Assembly: GCF_963921235.1 (NCBI RefSeq)
Contig: NC_086097.1
Coordinates: 55,430,001-55,494,000 of the forward strand
Source of the DNA: Mobula hypostoma
Taxonomy: Eukaryota
Direction of reading: 5' to 3'
DNA: 64,000 nt
Part shown: positions 61,891 to 64,000 of the stretch, in pieces
How positions within the stretch are numbered: position 1 is the stretch's first letter
How the letters are laid out: each line of letters begins with the position of its first letter
Notes under the pieces: generated by a model
The model's input: only the letters and a program-made list of their open reading frames with translations
What the model was told of the DNA's origin: nothing
Databases searched by the model: none
Made by a program: the position numbers and the translations under genes

Positions 61891-62959
61891 TCACAGGAAC
61901 ATGCACTTTTGCCCATGATGTTGTGCCAAACAAATTAAACTAATGGCGCTTAATCCCTACCTCTTCTACATGGTCTGTATCCCTACATTCTCTGCAAATT
62001 CATGTGCCTATCTGAGAGCCTCTTAAATCTTTCTATCATATTTCTTGCTGATTTCTTGTCATAATCTATTTCCTCTATGATTCTTTAATTAAACTTGTTT
62101 CTAAAGATTTCCTAATCCTCAGGATCACCAACTCTGGGAGCATATTTTTCACTCTCATGCCATCCTTAAATTCTTGGATGAATCACTTTTTCAACAGAGC
62201 TTTATTTCTCAGTGAAATACATTTTCATTGAGAACCAGGAAATTACTTTAAACCTCTGCCATATTTTTAACTAACTTCTTGATTTATCTTGTCTCTAATT
62301 CCTTTATTTAAGCTTAAGATTTCTAAGTTTTGAACTTAATATTTCACATCTATTTTGGGACAGATTATCATATTATCAACATTCTTTCTTTGAGGATCCT
62401 TCATATAGATTATTAAATAATCTTGCATAATTACACATGACTAAATCTAAAATAAGCTTTTTCTTATTTGGGTCCACTGCATTTTGTTCCATTTATTTCA
62501 TTTCCAAAACTTGTTGCTTATTTTGATGAGGATATAAATTTATCACTTAATTATTTCCAATAATGCATTTCTTTGCATTTCAAAATAGTGGTTCAGAGGA
62601 TAGAACGTATACTGGAAAAAGGGCAAAAATTGTCTTAATTTATTGTGAAGTTCTCCACTTATTCAGTGTTATTTTACAATGACAAATATAGAGATGCATT
62701 TTCTACAATTAACTAATGAATTATGAAATTCATTATTGTCATTTTATTGCTCTGGAACTAACAAGGTATTCAAAAGTTCCCTTTTTTAAGCATTTTTGAA
62801 ATTTACAATACTGAAGTAATCCGGGCAAATGCTGGATAATCTTCTGAATCTTTGTTCGTAGTAGAAAATCTTCCTTGCTAGCAGTGTATTTGAAAATTTT
62901 AGGCACGCTATATACTGTTGCTCAATTGCTAAAATCAGTAGTCTAATACTTACAACAAA

Positions 62960-63200
62960 GCATGTGTGAGCAAAGAATAGTCTGCTGGAGGAACAGCATC
63001 TGTGCAAGAAGCATCCGTGGGAGGAAAGGAACTACCAATGTTTCAGGCTGAAATCCTGCATCAGGATAGAGTGAAGAGGCAAAATGGACAGTATAAAGCG
63101 AAAGAAGGGAGTGATGAGAAAACCCAAGGTGCTTTGTGGACTGAGGTGATACTGGGAGCTGGAGTTGTAGGACTCGGTCTGGGATACAGTGGCAGCTGAA
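62960..63200 (-). repeat. Penelope-derived 3'-end repeat
   Basis: Minus strand CCTGATGCAGGATTTCAGCCTGAAACATTG (degenerate hammerhead). Confidence 0.6.
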
Positions 63201-63496
63201 TTAGAGGTGGACGCAAAGAGAGAGAGGGGAAAAATGTTGAGAGGCAGATGGAGCAAGGTAGAGGGATGTGAGTGTTAAGGTCAGGTATTACTGCAGGAAC
63301 AAAACAGGGCTACTCAGCACTGGACTCTGATAAGTAAAGGAGGTGAAAATGGGAACCGTTAGGGAAGAGGTATGGAACCAGAATGAGATTGGAGAGGAGG
63401 CAGAGCAGAGATGACGGGGGGGCTGCTGGGGGGAGGGGGGGGGGATCAAGAGCCACTTGACGCCATTTTTGACAACATGACTTTCCTGAAATACTA

Positions 63497-63826
63497 TACT
63501 CAGTGGCCACTTTATTAGGTACTTCCTATACCTAGTAAATAGGCCACTGAATATATGTTCATGGTCTTCTGCTGCTGTAACCCAGCCACTTCAAGGTTTG
63601 ACATTTTGTGCATTCGGTGGTGCTCTTCTGCGGAACACTGTTGTAATATGTGGTTATTTGAGTTATTGTTGCCTTCCTGTCAACAAGAACTAGTCTCGCC
63701 ATCCTCTTCTGACCTCTCATCAAAACAAGGCATTTTTGCCTACAGAACTGCTGTTCACTTTTTCGTTTCTGACATGTTTCTCTGTAGACTCTGGAGTGTG
63801 TGAATATCCCAGGTGATCAGCAGTTT
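63497..63826 (-). mobile_element. Fragment of the Tc1-like family at 40971-42170
   Basis: Terminal mini-palindrome CTCAGTGGCCACTTTATTAGG...GGCCACTGA and reverse-complement match to ~41780-42110. Confidence 0.75.
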
Positions 63827-64000
63827 TTCATCGTGGCTGATCCATTTTCCCTCTTAGCCCCGATCTCCTGCCTTCTCCCCGTATCTCTTCATGCCCTGAC
63901 CAACCAAGAATCTATCATCCTCTGCCTTAAATATACCCAATGTCTTGGCCTTCAAAGCCGCCTATGATAACCAATTCCACAGATTCAACACTCACTAGCT

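Noticed and set aside
1..64000. CRISPR arrays, Fanzor/TnpB-like nucleases, tRNA/rRNA genes, prokaryotic operons
   Set aside because: None recognised; the sequence is intron-rich vertebrate DNA and the longer ORFs are explained by PELI2 or known transposon classes.

Overview
Eukaryotic (vertebrate) genomic DNA. The repeat complement suggests a cartilaginous fish, possibly a ray (inference only). The window holds five coding exons of the Pellino E3 ligase gene PELI2 on the + strand (6044-48462, canonical GT-AG introns; the first coding exon lies upstream) and a probable ~2.6 kb 3' UTR. Most of the rest is transposon-derived: Tc1, Tigger/pogo and hAT (Buster/Charlie-like) DNA transposons and MITEs; CR1, Rex1/Babar, RTE and HERO-like non-LTR elements; Penelope-like elements with minimal hammerheads; and three solo LTRs, often nested. 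The main finding is in the 3' UTRs of four HERO-like insertions from three sequence-divergent subfamilies. They share a covarying RNA fold containing the hammerhead core (GUH, GAAAC, CUGANGA, G10.1-Y11.1), but with the strands in a non-canonical, pseudoknotted order and a K-turn in stem III. Also notable are a flip-flop inversion inside the internal hairpin of two Tigger-like copies and an 80-bp loopless palindrome. All structures were read by eye; no searches or folding were run, so novelty is unconfirmed.
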